From positions 30,147 through 94,146 of the forward strand of contig MHBC01000013.1 in assembly GCA_001804735.1 (NCBI GenBank): 64,000 bases of DNA. Reading direction: 5' to 3'. The translations under genes were made by a program, and so were the position numbers. Origin of the DNA: Legionellales bacterium RIFCSPHIGHO2_12_FULL_37_14. GTDB taxonomy: Bacteria; Pseudomonadota; Gammaproteobacteria; Legionellales; Legionellaceae. Under the pieces are notes generated by a model. The model saw only the letters and a list, made by a program, of their open reading frames with translations. It was not told the origin of the DNA and made no database searches. Every line of letters starts with the position of its first letter. Within the stretch, counting starts at the first letter, position 1. Positions 56,395-64,000 of this stretch are shown here, piece by piece.

Positions 56395-59300
56395 ATGCTT
56401 CAGGAAAGAGATAATAATCAGCAAACTGCACAAGCCCAATCACAAGAGTCAAAGGTTGAAAAACTTCCTACATTTAGTCTATATGCAAACACCAGTCATT
56501 ATTATATAGCTTTGCCCCCCGCGCCCAATGAAGAGGACAGAGAAGAACCACCAAAAGTAATCAACTTCGCACTGCCCAAAATCCTGCCAAAGGGAGATTT
56601 TCTTGCCGATCATATGGATATTTTTGGCGGTAGCGTTAGCCTAACGTATAACGGGATTACCTATAATGATAAACCCTGGGATGATACTCCATATGAATGG
56701 CAGTTTGATTTTAATAAACATTACACGCTTAAAGAATTTGTTGGGCAAGGCCCTCGACGTTTTCTTGAAGTATTTTGTTTAAAAGATACAAATGAAAATT
56801 TAATTTTAGCAAGTTACAATAAATACGTTTATGCCAAACATACTAGCCTTGGGTTTCAGCCGTGCAAAGAAAATATCCAAAAAGTTTTGCATAATGAATT
56901 AGCTGTTATGGGATTTAAAGATAATACTAACATAGCAGGTATATATACAGCTTATTTTGTTAAGAATGATGGACAGTTATGGCTTAGAACTATTTACCCT
57001 TATTATTCACATGGAGATTTATACGACGTTTTTCGCAGGTTAGAAGAGTCTAAGACCTGGGTATCTATAAATGAATCGTTGTTTTTATTTTATCAAATGC
57101 TCCTTGCAGTTAAGGCATTGCATGCTAATTCTGCTTCCGATACACGCGTCATGGATATAAATATTTGTCCGCATAATTTCTTTGTAGGTGAGTTTGAAAA
57201 TGGCGATATAACTACTGTGGCTATAAATTTATTAGACGTTAATTTAACTAGAATAATTGCAAACATGGGAATATCTACCCTTGCAGCGCGCAATGCTTTT
57301 TTAGCTCCTGAACAAATACAGCATAATGGAACTTCTAAGGCAAATAAAAAACCCGCGGATATTTGGTCTTTAGGAGCGGTGCTTACGTGGCTTTTTTTAC
57401 ATGGGCGTTTTTTAGTTGATGATTACAGTAAAGATGCAGTTTGGTATTGTCCAACAAGACTTGGAGACATCCAAAAAGAGTTAGATACCCATTATGGGTA
57501 CACTACTGCAATGAAAGTCATTAAAAAGGAAATAAATAAACAAAAAGCCAAAAAAATGATGGAAAGTTATATAATAGAAACAAGTAAGCAATTTGCAAAT
57601 TCTCTGGAAGTTTTTTTAACTGACAACGAGAGCATAGCTCTCCAAATTTCGTGCTGCCTAGATTTAAATTACGCTAATCGCCCTTTAATAGAGAAATTAA
57701 AAATCAATTTTTTTACCGGCAAAGAAAGTATATTAAGCCAAGGAAAAGCCGAATTTTGTGCAAGATTGCTTGAAAATCCTTGTCCTTCTTTTTGCTCCTT
57801 AATAGATTTTCTTGCTGCTTTAAAGAAACCCCTAAGTGAAGCAGAAGTATTATTTATTATTGACGAGATTATAGAGCAGCTAAATGATAAGGATGATTTA
57901 TTAATAACTCCGCATCTTATGGAAATTAATTTTCCTAGCTCAAGGCAAAATAGTCGAATAATTAAAATTTCAGGCATAAAACAACTGCATGATTTACAAG
58001 ATAATTGTGAATATTTTGCTCCAGAACAAATTTTAGGGTTTAAAAACACTGAAAAAGGTGCGGCTAACGTTTGGTGTGTTGGAGCTATATGGAGAGCCTT
58101 AATCTTAGGACGCCCTTTGTCTCCTTATTATCAGTTCAAAAAATGCACGCCAACTGGTAGTGGCCTGAGTAATATTAAAAAGTCATTTAATGAGATTCAA
58201 ACTAAAGGGATTCAAGCCTATTTGGCAGAAAAGATTAGCCGATTAAGGTTTGAGCATAAACCCAAAAATTCGGAAGAATACCAAATTGTCGAAAAAATAA
58301 TTGCCATGTGTATACATATGGATACTGAAAATAGAGCAACTATAAAAGACTTAGAAAGAGCAATGATGCCATATATGTCATATGTGGAAAAAGGTAGGGA
58401 AGAATTTACCCAGCGCCTTAAAAGTACGCTAAAACCTTATAAACTAAGCGCAGAAAAAATCAACGATCTTCCTCTGCCCATCGAACATTATAATATAAAA
58501 ATAAGTGGTTATGGCATTAACTTTTTAAACTGCATAGACACTAACAGGCTAGATTATACAAAACATCAGGAAGTTAACCTAGAGCAATATTTGCAAGAAT
58601 TAAAAAACTCCTATGATGCTAAAAGGCAAGAATTAACAGAGGCCTTCTCACAAGAAGAGGAAAGTAAATTTATAGCTAAGCTTGAAGATTTAGATAGGCA
58701 ATATCCTAAAGACATAGTACATTTTACTAAATTGTTTGGTTTATTAGATTCCTTGAAAAGCTCAAGAGGTAACTTTGCAGTTTTTATTTCTTCTGAAGAT
58801 ACTAGAGGTAAATTGGTTAAAACCATATTCTTACCCAAAAATGTAGAAGAACAAAAACGACTAATAGACGTAGAAACTAGAGGGTTTACGGCTTTTCATA
58901 GACAAAATGGTGTTGTATATGAGAACGCCTTTTTAGAGTATTTTAGACAGACACAAGATGTAGAGCCGCAACTTGTGCTTAAAGTTGTAATGGAATGTCC
59001 CGATGCAATTCCGCTTGCCGCCTTCCAAGAAGAAATTAGAAATCGCGCAAGCTTTAGACATAAAAATACGGAAGATTTAATTATTAACGTTGCAAATTCA
59101 GTTTTATATTGCTTAAAAGTGTATCATGACAAATTAGTTAGAGGCGCAAGTGATCTTATAACTAACGATAGTTCAAAGCCGGGTAAACTAAGAGAGCTAA
59201 GCTATAGGTTTGGATCAGATCTTACCCCAGACAACATTTGGGTTTTCAAAGACACTTCGGCCAAGCCTAAATATGGTGTCGTTAAAATAGTACATACCGC

Positions 59301-59772
59301 ATTTTTAACTCCTCAAGAACTTACAACACGCGATAATTATGACGCAAATGGTGATAATACCGAGCTTTCCAAAGATTTATGGTGCCTTGGAGGCTCAATC
59401 ATGAATTTTTGTGAAAAGACCGATCTTTACGCTTCTTTAGAATATGACGAGGCGGCAATAAAGCAAATACATGCCTTTATAAATAATAATCAATATCCAA
59501 AATATATTCGTAACATAGTAAGTAAATTAATGTTGCCAGATTGTGTGCAAGGAAGACGTTTCACGGCTAACGAATTACTTGAAGATCCAGACTTTAGCAC
59601 AAAAATGAATTTTGATTATCTATCAAGACCTCAAGCAACTTCGCAAGCACAAACAGCGTTTTTTGCCCAGGCAAGTAGGGTAGTTGCTGGGTTTTTTGCG
59701 GTTAATAATAACGCGGCAAACAGCAATAACAACAAAGATTCGCGATTTTCTCAAAATAATAATGGGCAATGA
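56395..59772 (+). CDS. large protein with three eukaryotic-like protein-kinase-fold units (atypical or pseudokinase)
   Basis: Unit 1: VGQGPRRFLEV, VYAKH, VMDINICPHNFFV, LLDVNL, FLAPEQI, ADIWSLGAVL. Unit 2 (C-lobe only): YFAPEQI, ANVWCVGAIW. Unit 3: GSDLTPDNIWV, DLWCLGGSI, RRFTANELLEDPDF. Asn-rich C-terminal tail. Confidence 0.78.
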   Translation: MLQERDNNQQTAQAQSQESKVEKLPTFSLYANTSHYYIALPPAPNEEDREEPPKVINFALPKILPKGDFLADHMDIFGGSVSLTYNGITYNDKPWDDTPYEWQFDFNKHYTLKEFVGQGPRRFLEVFCLKDTNENLILASYNKYVYAKHTSLGFQPCKENIQKVLHNELAVMGFKDNTNIAGIYTAYFVKNDGQLWLRTIYPYYSHGDLYDVFRRLEESKTWVSINESLFLFYQMLLAVKALHANSASDTRVMDINICPHNFFVGEFENGDITTVAINLLDVNLTRIIANMGISTLAARNAFLAPEQIQHNGTSKANKKPADIWSLGAVLTWLFLHGRFLVDDYSKDAVWYCPTRLGDIQKELDTHYGYTTAMKVIKKEINKQKAKKMMESYIIETSKQFANSLEVFLTDNESIALQISCCLDLNYANRPLIEKLKINFFTGKESILSQGKAEFCARLLENPCPSFCSLIDFLAALKKPLSEAEVLFIIDEIIEQLNDKDDLLITPHLMEINFPSSRQNSRIIKISGIKQLHDLQDNCEYFAPEQILGFKNTEKGAANVWCVGAIWRALILGRPLSPYYQFKKCTPTGSGLSNIKKSFNEIQTKGIQAYLAEKISRLRFEHKPKNSEEYQIVEKIIAMCIHMDTENRATIKDLERAMMPYMSYVEKGREEFTQRLKSTLKPYKLSAEKINDLPLPIEHYNIKISGYGINFLNCIDTNRLDYTKHQEVNLEQYLQELKNSYDAKRQELTEAFSQEEESKFIAKLEDLDRQYPKDIVHFTKLFGLLDSLKSSRGNFAVFISSEDTRGKLVKTIFLPKNVEEQKRLIDVETRGFTAFHRQNGVVYENAFLEYFRQTQDVEPQLVLKVVMECPDAIPLAAFQEEIRNRASFRHKNTEDLIINVANSVLYCLKVYHDKLVRGASDLITNDSSKPGKLRELSYRFGSDLTPDNIWVFKDTSAKPKYGVVKIVHTAFLTPQELTTRDNYDANGDNTELSKDLWCLGGSIMNFCEKTDLYASLEYDEAAIKQIHAFINNNQYPKYIRNIVSKLMLPDCVQGRRFTANELLEDPDFSTKMNFDYLSRPQATSQAQTAFFAQASRVVAGFFAVNNNAANSNNNKDSRFSQNNNGQ

Positions 59773-59823
59773 TAAATTTTAAAATGTAACTTCCTACTTC
59801 ACCCAGGGTCCCCTCTAAATGTT

Positions 59824-59852
59824 GTCATTGCGAGCGTTAGCGAAGCAATCTA
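59824..59852. repeat. short imperfect palindrome GTCATTGCGAGCGTTAGCGAAGCAATCTA
   Basis: ATTGCGAGCG / CGAAGCAAT are imperfect inverted halves. The reverse strand reads L-D-C-F-A-N-A-R-N-D. I recall this as the translated signature of a small dispersed repeat in amoeba-associated bacteria. Memory only. Confidence 0.35.
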
Positions 59853-59889
59853 GCGGCCTTTTTGAACAGGAGTCAGCCAATTTTTTTGT

Positions 59890-60471
59890 CTAATTTTGGG
59901 AAAGTGTTTTTTGACTAACGTTTTTCCCTATCTTATCTGCCTCGTTCGCTGCAGCCCTTTCCTCTTGATTTGCCGCTGCTGCATGCAAATTCACGACCTT
60001 TTCTCTGAACACAGAAGTAGAGGACATATCTGCAGTTGATTCATTACTAGAAGAATCTAACTTATTCAGTTTATCTTTAGGTACGAATTTTTCTATCGGT
60101 TTAAATTCCTGAATTAATGCTTTAAGTGTATTTACATCTAGATCACCTAGTATTTTCGTTAATCGGGCACTATAGACACTTTTACATAGCTTTTTGAAGA
60201 AGTTTTTTTGATTGTCATCTAGGCCATCTCCTTGTAGTTTAAGAAGATTTACAATCATATCATCTGCAAGGAGGGCAATTAAAACTCCTCCTTTTTTATC
60301 TGCACAAAGACTTTCCATGCTGGTGTTTATAAGTATATCATGCTTAAGGGGCTCATCAAGCTGACTAATTACAAATGCTTTGGATGAAGCTGGTATCGTC
60401 GTGTCATTCATAACTGTAAGAAGAGATTCCCTATCCAAATGCTTAACGAGTGCTGGGTATATTTCAATCAT
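59890..60471 (-). CDS. hypothetical protein (possibly the C-terminal part of a gene split by an in-frame stop)
   Basis: 193-aa ORF with no recognised motif. It is in the same frame as the upstream ORF 60538-61563. Confidence 0.55.
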   Translation of the reverse strand: MIEIYPALVKHLDRESLLTVMNDTTIPASSKAFVISQLDEPLKHDILINTSMESLCADKKGGVLIALLADDMIVNLLKLQGDGLDDNQKNFFKKLCKSVYSARLTKILGDLDVNTLKALIQEFKPIEKFVPKDKLNKLDSSSNESTADMSSTSVFREKVVNLHAAAANQEERAAANEADKIGKNVSQKTLSQN

Positions 60472-60537
60472 TTGTTTAGAAAAATCAAAATTATTTATAA
60501 AAAGCTCGTTAAAGACTTTAGGATTATTTATTAAATA

Positions 60538-61563
60538 TTAATAAATTGGCGTGATCACCTTGAAAGGAGTACGGTTTTTTGTTTTATCCTCAAAATGATA
60601 AAGCAATTGGGACGATTTCATAGGAGACAAATCGTTAAGCAATGATGTCTCTATTGTCAGTAAGTACCTTAATTTATCCAAATTAATTCCTTCCATAACC
60701 TCCTTATAACACTTAGGATTATTCTTACTTAACTTTTTTAAAAGCGCTAAATTAAATTCATTGTTGGAACCAGGATCGTTAATATTTGTCAGGATCTCTT
60801 CACTACTTTTATGAACTAAACTGTTAAGAATATTTATTGTTTGGTCAATATTCATGCCTGGTTCAAAAGGTTGAAGGTTATTTGTATTTTCTTCAGAAGA
60901 ATTCTCTCTATTTGTATCAAATAAATGGAGTATAGAAGCCATATAATTACCAGGAGATATTTTAAAATTCTCATTAAGATTATTTTCTACTTGCCTAGAA
61001 AACTCCGGATTTTCTTTTCGCAGAGCCTCTAAAAATTCTTTTCTTATTTCCGTAGGATACGAATCATTCATAAGATACATGGTTATATCAGATATTAACT
61101 CTTTTTTTGATTTCTCACCCTCCCAATTTTGGAAGAGTCGGTTAATGTTTTTATCGCTCTCTTTGTTAATTAATTTTATTTCCCCTGCAAATTTAGCTAT
61201 GTTTTCTGGTGCTGAACCAAGTGGAGTATCGCTAGAACGTAGTAGTCGTGATAATTGATTTGGAGAGATACTATTTATAACTTTGTTTGTTTTGTCGTCA
61301 CTTAAATTAGCAATGATGTTTGCTAAATCTTGCACATCACGAATCATGTTTGGCAGCTGTGTCTCAAGCGCATAAAAAACTTGTTTTACTGCGTCAGGAT
61401 CAAGTTTTTTCGTATTTTCTCTAAAATCATTTGCCGTTTTTATTCTTTTTACAATTTGTTGAAGTTCGTCTGCACTAAGGCTCATTTTATTACCAGACTC
61501 AAGTTCATTTATTGTAATTATAGACCATATTTTAAATATAATTTCGCTCCCCTTAGTAAGCAT
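60538..61563 (-). CDS. hypothetical protein (possibly the N-terminal part of a gene split by an in-frame stop)
   Basis: 341-aa ORF, helical, Asn/Lys-rich, with no recognised motif. Confidence 0.55.
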   Translation of the reverse strand: MLTKGSEIIFKIWSIITINELESGNKMSLSADELQQIVKRIKTANDFRENTKKLDPDAVKQVFYALETQLPNMIRDVQDLANIIANLSDDKTNKVINSISPNQLSRLLRSSDTPLGSAPENIAKFAGEIKLINKESDKNINRLFQNWEGEKSKKELISDITMYLMNDSYPTEIRKEFLEALRKENPEFSRQVENNLNENFKISPGNYMASILHLFDTNRENSSEENTNNLQPFEPGMNIDQTINILNSLVHKSSEEILTNINDPGSNNEFNLALLKKLSKNNPKCYKEVMEGINLDKLRYLLTIETSLLNDLSPMKSSQLLYHFEDKTKNRTPFKVITPIY

Positions 61564-61726
61564 GTTACGAACTGAAAGGCGAGAGGAAGTTATCAGCTTG
61601 GGCCATTGTCTTTCATTGAAAAATCAGATGCAAGCCATGCAAATAAATTTGACTGCCTGATCTGATGATATTTCAAAATAGAATTGTCATAATTACGCTG
61701 GCATTAAAACATCATAAAAGGAGAAA

Positions 61727-62254
61727 ATGATGAAAAGCAATCCAACATTATTTGAGGACTATAAAATCAGGCGTTTGTACGATGAAGCCACAGAGACATG
61801 GTATTTTTCTGTGGTTGATGTGATTCAAGCCTTAATTCAACAACCGGATTTTCAAGCGGCTAGAAATTATTGGAAAGTCTTGAAAAACCGATTAAATAAG
61901 GAGGGTAGTGAAACGGTTACAAATTGTAACCGGTTGAAAATGCTTGCAGAGGATGGAAAATTACGTCTTACAGACGCTGCAACCGCTGAAACCCTTCTTC
62001 GTCTCATTCAATCTATTCCAAGCCCTAAAGCAGAGCTTATTTTTACTGCGCTTGCAGAGCTCTCCACAAGACAAATCGCAGAAACGATGGAGGCTGTAGG
62101 GATGAGTGAGAACGAGGTTGCTAGTCGGGAGGGTGGAGGGATTGCGAAGAAAGCCCGTATTGCATTAGAAACAAAGACTGGTCAAAAAGTAGTGAGCGCT
62201 GATAATTTTCTTGAACGTAGAAAGGTTCCAGAAAAGTTGAGCCAAGACGATTAA
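61727..62254 (+). CDS. Bro-N / DinD-like DNA-binding protein, apparently internally deleted
   Basis: The N-terminus FEDYKIRRLYDEATETWYFSVVDVIQAL...RLIQSIPSPKAE and the C-terminus LIFTALAELSTRQIAE...GGIAKKARIALETKTGQKVVSADNFL match the two ends of DinD/Bro-N family proteins as I recall them. The middle ~100 aa are missing. AGGAG lies upstream of the ATG. Confidence 0.65.
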   Translation: MMKSNPTLFEDYKIRRLYDEATETWYFSVVDVIQALIQQPDFQAARNYWKVLKNRLNKEGSETVTNCNRLKMLAEDGKLRLTDAATAETLLRLIQSIPSPKAELIFTALAELSTRQIAETMEAVGMSENEVASREGGGIAKKARIALETKTGQKVVSADNFLERRKVPEKLSQDD

Positions 62255-62268
62255 AAAGGAGCATATGT

Positions 62269-62886
62269 ATGCAACAACATACAAGCAGACAAGATATCGC
62301 AGGCGAGAACACGCAATCTTGTCCTGATGGAAAATATTGGGTGCGTCCTCATAAACGTAGAAGAGTGAGCAAAAACGGTAAGACGTACACTGAAAACGTC
62401 AAAGGATATTGTTGCTGTTACCATGGTGCGTATCAAGATATTGCAGCGGAAGAACATCTCCCATTTGATCACCTATTTTTTGTTTTGACGCTGTATGGCG
62501 AAGCAAGAGGTGAAAACGCAGCTAGTAGACAAGCAATTGCATGGGTCATTCGAAATCGTCTCACAAAGAAAATTTTTGGAGACTCTTATCGGAGCATTGT
62601 GCTAAAACCCTTACAATTTTCTTGTTGGCGCAAAAATGATCCTAATTACAAGATGTTGCAACATCCTGGCAAGAATGGGAAATCGGAATATGAGAAACAA
62701 TCAGATCAACAGGCATGGCAAAGATGTAAAGAGACTTTTCGAGAAGTATTCAATGCGCCGGAGAGTGAAAACCCAATCCCACAAGTGTGTCATTATTTCA
62801 GTGGGCCGCCACAGCATCGCTATCAAGAAAAGTTTTTTGATCTGCCAGATGTTCCTCATTTTCACTTCGTTAAATTGGATAAATAA
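62269..62886 (+). CDS. cell wall hydrolase (SleB / Hydrolase_2 family)
   Basis: LTLYGEARGENAASRQAIAWVIRNRL...LKPLQFSCW is the family core motif. AGGAG at 62257-62261, 7 nt before the ATG. Confidence 0.82.
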   Translation: MQQHTSRQDIAGENTQSCPDGKYWVRPHKRRRVSKNGKTYTENVKGYCCCYHGAYQDIAAEEHLPFDHLFFVLTLYGEARGENAASRQAIAWVIRNRLTKKIFGDSYRSIVLKPLQFSCWRKNDPNYKMLQHPGKNGKSEYEKQSDQQAWQRCKETFREVFNAPESENPIPQVCHYFSGPPQHRYQEKFFDLPDVPHFHFVKLDK

Positions 62887-62941
62887 CTGCTTTGCACGGG
62901 CTTCTCAAAATGCTTCTGCGTTTGAAATCATCCAAAAAGAA

Positions 62942-63451
62942 ATGCATGCCAAAAAGCATTGTGGCGTTGAGTATAATTCCTCAAAAACTGCTGCGATTGT
63001 TGGTGCTGCTTGTGGGAAGGCACATTACATTAACTTTCATACAAAAGAAACGTATACCATTGCCGAGCAATATCGTGGGTTCTCTGTTAAGTGGCTAGAT
63101 GATAATACCGCCACTTTAGAAGCAGGGTGTGGCACAGGTTGCATGGTTGCTTATATTTTTATAGCACCGGCAATCGTTGTTTATTGTCCAGTTCATGAAT
63201 ACAGGATTGATTTTTTGGATCCTCATGAACCACCAGATTACTATCATAATCGTCCCTTATTGGTGGACCCCAAGCGTCGTATCTATGTTTGTTATGATGA
63301 AAACAATACCATCCAGGTGTATCCTTTCCCTCGTCATGCCTCGATTCGGCCACCCAAGGGTTACTTTACAGAAAAGGCTTCTATGGTGAAGGGCAAACTG
63401 GTCGTTCAGTATGCAAATCGACATGGACAGAAACAACAGATTGCTTATTAA
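62942..63451 (+). CDS. hypothetical protein
   Basis: This is the downstream part of track ORF 62636-63451 that does not overlap the hydrolase gene. First in-frame ATG after that gene is at 62942. No recognised motif. Confidence 0.4.
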   Translation: MHAKKHCGVEYNSSKTAAIVGAACGKAHYINFHTKETYTIAEQYRGFSVKWLDDNTATLEAGCGTGCMVAYIFIAPAIVVYCPVHEYRIDFLDPHEPPDYYHNRPLLVDPKRRIYVCYDENNTIQVYPFPRHASIRPPKGYFTEKASMVKGKLVVQYANRHGQKQQIAY

Positions 63452-63475
63452 GTATGGTGCACAGGTTGAGTATAC

Positions 63476-63592
63476 ATGATTAAGATTGACCTTTTGAAAA
63501 ATCATCCACACACCATCCCCGCGCTTGCGCGTATTTGGCATGAGGGGATCATTGAGGTTTTTAGATGCTGCCATCTCAAGAGAGGACTATGA
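63476..63592 (+). pseudogene. 38-codon fragment resembling the N-terminus of a small GNAT-type acetyltransferase
   Basis: MIKIDLLKNHPHTIPALARIWHEG... resembles, from memory, N-termini of small GNAT proteins. The ORF then runs into unrelated sequence and stops. Confidence 0.3.
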
Positions 63593-64000
63593 CGAGATGA
63601 TTATTGACTTGCAAGCAGAAAGGAACAACCTAGAGGTCAGGCTACAGCGACTATCTGAAGCCGATGACGGCTTTAACAAAACGCTTGCAACAATATTTCT
63701 CTGGCTTCGAAAGCCCATGATTTATTCAAAAGTTCGAAACTAGAGGAAAAGCGTCGGATTATCTCAATTTTATTTTCGAACTTGGAAATGAGCGCTGAAA
63801 AGCTAGTGTTTAAGCCACGAAAACCTTTTGATGTCTTCCTAAACTTACCACATCGTCCTAATTGGCTCCCCCGAAGCAGTAAAGACATTCGGATCTGTGT
63901 AAAATGGAGTCTTGAGCCTAAAAGTTTTACAACAAACCTTGATAGTGATTTATCATTGTACAAAACAACACTGCAGTTTTTTCTGCATCGTAAATCGCTG
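63573..64000 (+). pseudogene. C-terminal remnant of a serine recombinase-type gene with a frameshift
   Basis: One frame reads ISREDYDEMIIDLQAERNNLEVRLQRLSEADDGFNKTLATI. A second frame continues from about 63690 with SLASKAHDLFKSSKLEEKRRIISILFSNLEMSAEKLVFKPRKPFDVFLN. Together they resemble the conserved C-terminal tail of large serine recombinases (...LF.SS..EEKR.LL..VFSNL.L....L.F..RKPFD). No catalytic N-terminal domain is present upstream. Confidence 0.5.

Noticed and set aside
62636-62941. Upstream third of the 271-aa ORF 62636-63451, overlapping the cell wall hydrolase gene in another frame
   Set aside because: The hydrolase frame carries the conserved family motif and a strong SD. The overlapping frame gives a basic, low-complexity peptide. 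Only the part after the hydrolase stop (from ATG 62942) was retained, at low confidence.

Overview
AT-rich gammaproteobacterial chromosome segment. Gene content and order suggest a Legionellales-type intracellular or amoeba-associated bacterium (inference): mnmE-yidC-yidD-rnpA-rpmH; gyrB divergent from dnaA-dnaN-recF; murC-murB-ddl-ftsQ-ftsA-ftsZ-lpxC; surf1-ctaA-ctaB-sco1-rimK-grxD-prx; plus many eukaryote-like ORFs. I call about 60 protein-coding genes. I saw no rRNA, tRNA or CRISPR array by eye. The housekeeping blocks are interrupted by accessory material. (1) An OTU-like cysteine protease candidate at 6.4-8.0 kb. (2) A conserved but uncharacterised ATP-grasp / 7TM-transglutaminase-like / retropepsin-like operon at 8.5-11.5 kb. 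(3) A 37-residue ankyrin-like repeat protein, followed by a three-gene cluster at 20.6-24.2 kb that looks like a complete polyprenyl-phospho-D-arabinofuranose donor pathway (HAD-UbiA fusion, DprE1-like, DprE2-like). (4) Two paralogous giant proteins (24.2-28.4 and 38.5-41.3 kb) built from the same unknown module, bracketing the cell-division block. (5) A 780-aa secreted protein with a thaumatin-like C-terminal domain. (6) A 1125-aa protein with three kinase-like units. (7) A decayed mobile-element remnant at 61.7-64 kb. At nucleotide level there are several GC-rich palindromic elements. One is a 198-bp element with 46-bp terminal inverted repeats between ftsQ and ftsA. Another is a palindromic segment that appears to be translated inside ctaA. 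A 20-nt palindromic repeat occurs on both sides of the gyrB-dnaA-dnaN-recF block. All functional calls rest on motif recognition by eye and memory of protein families; no searches were run.
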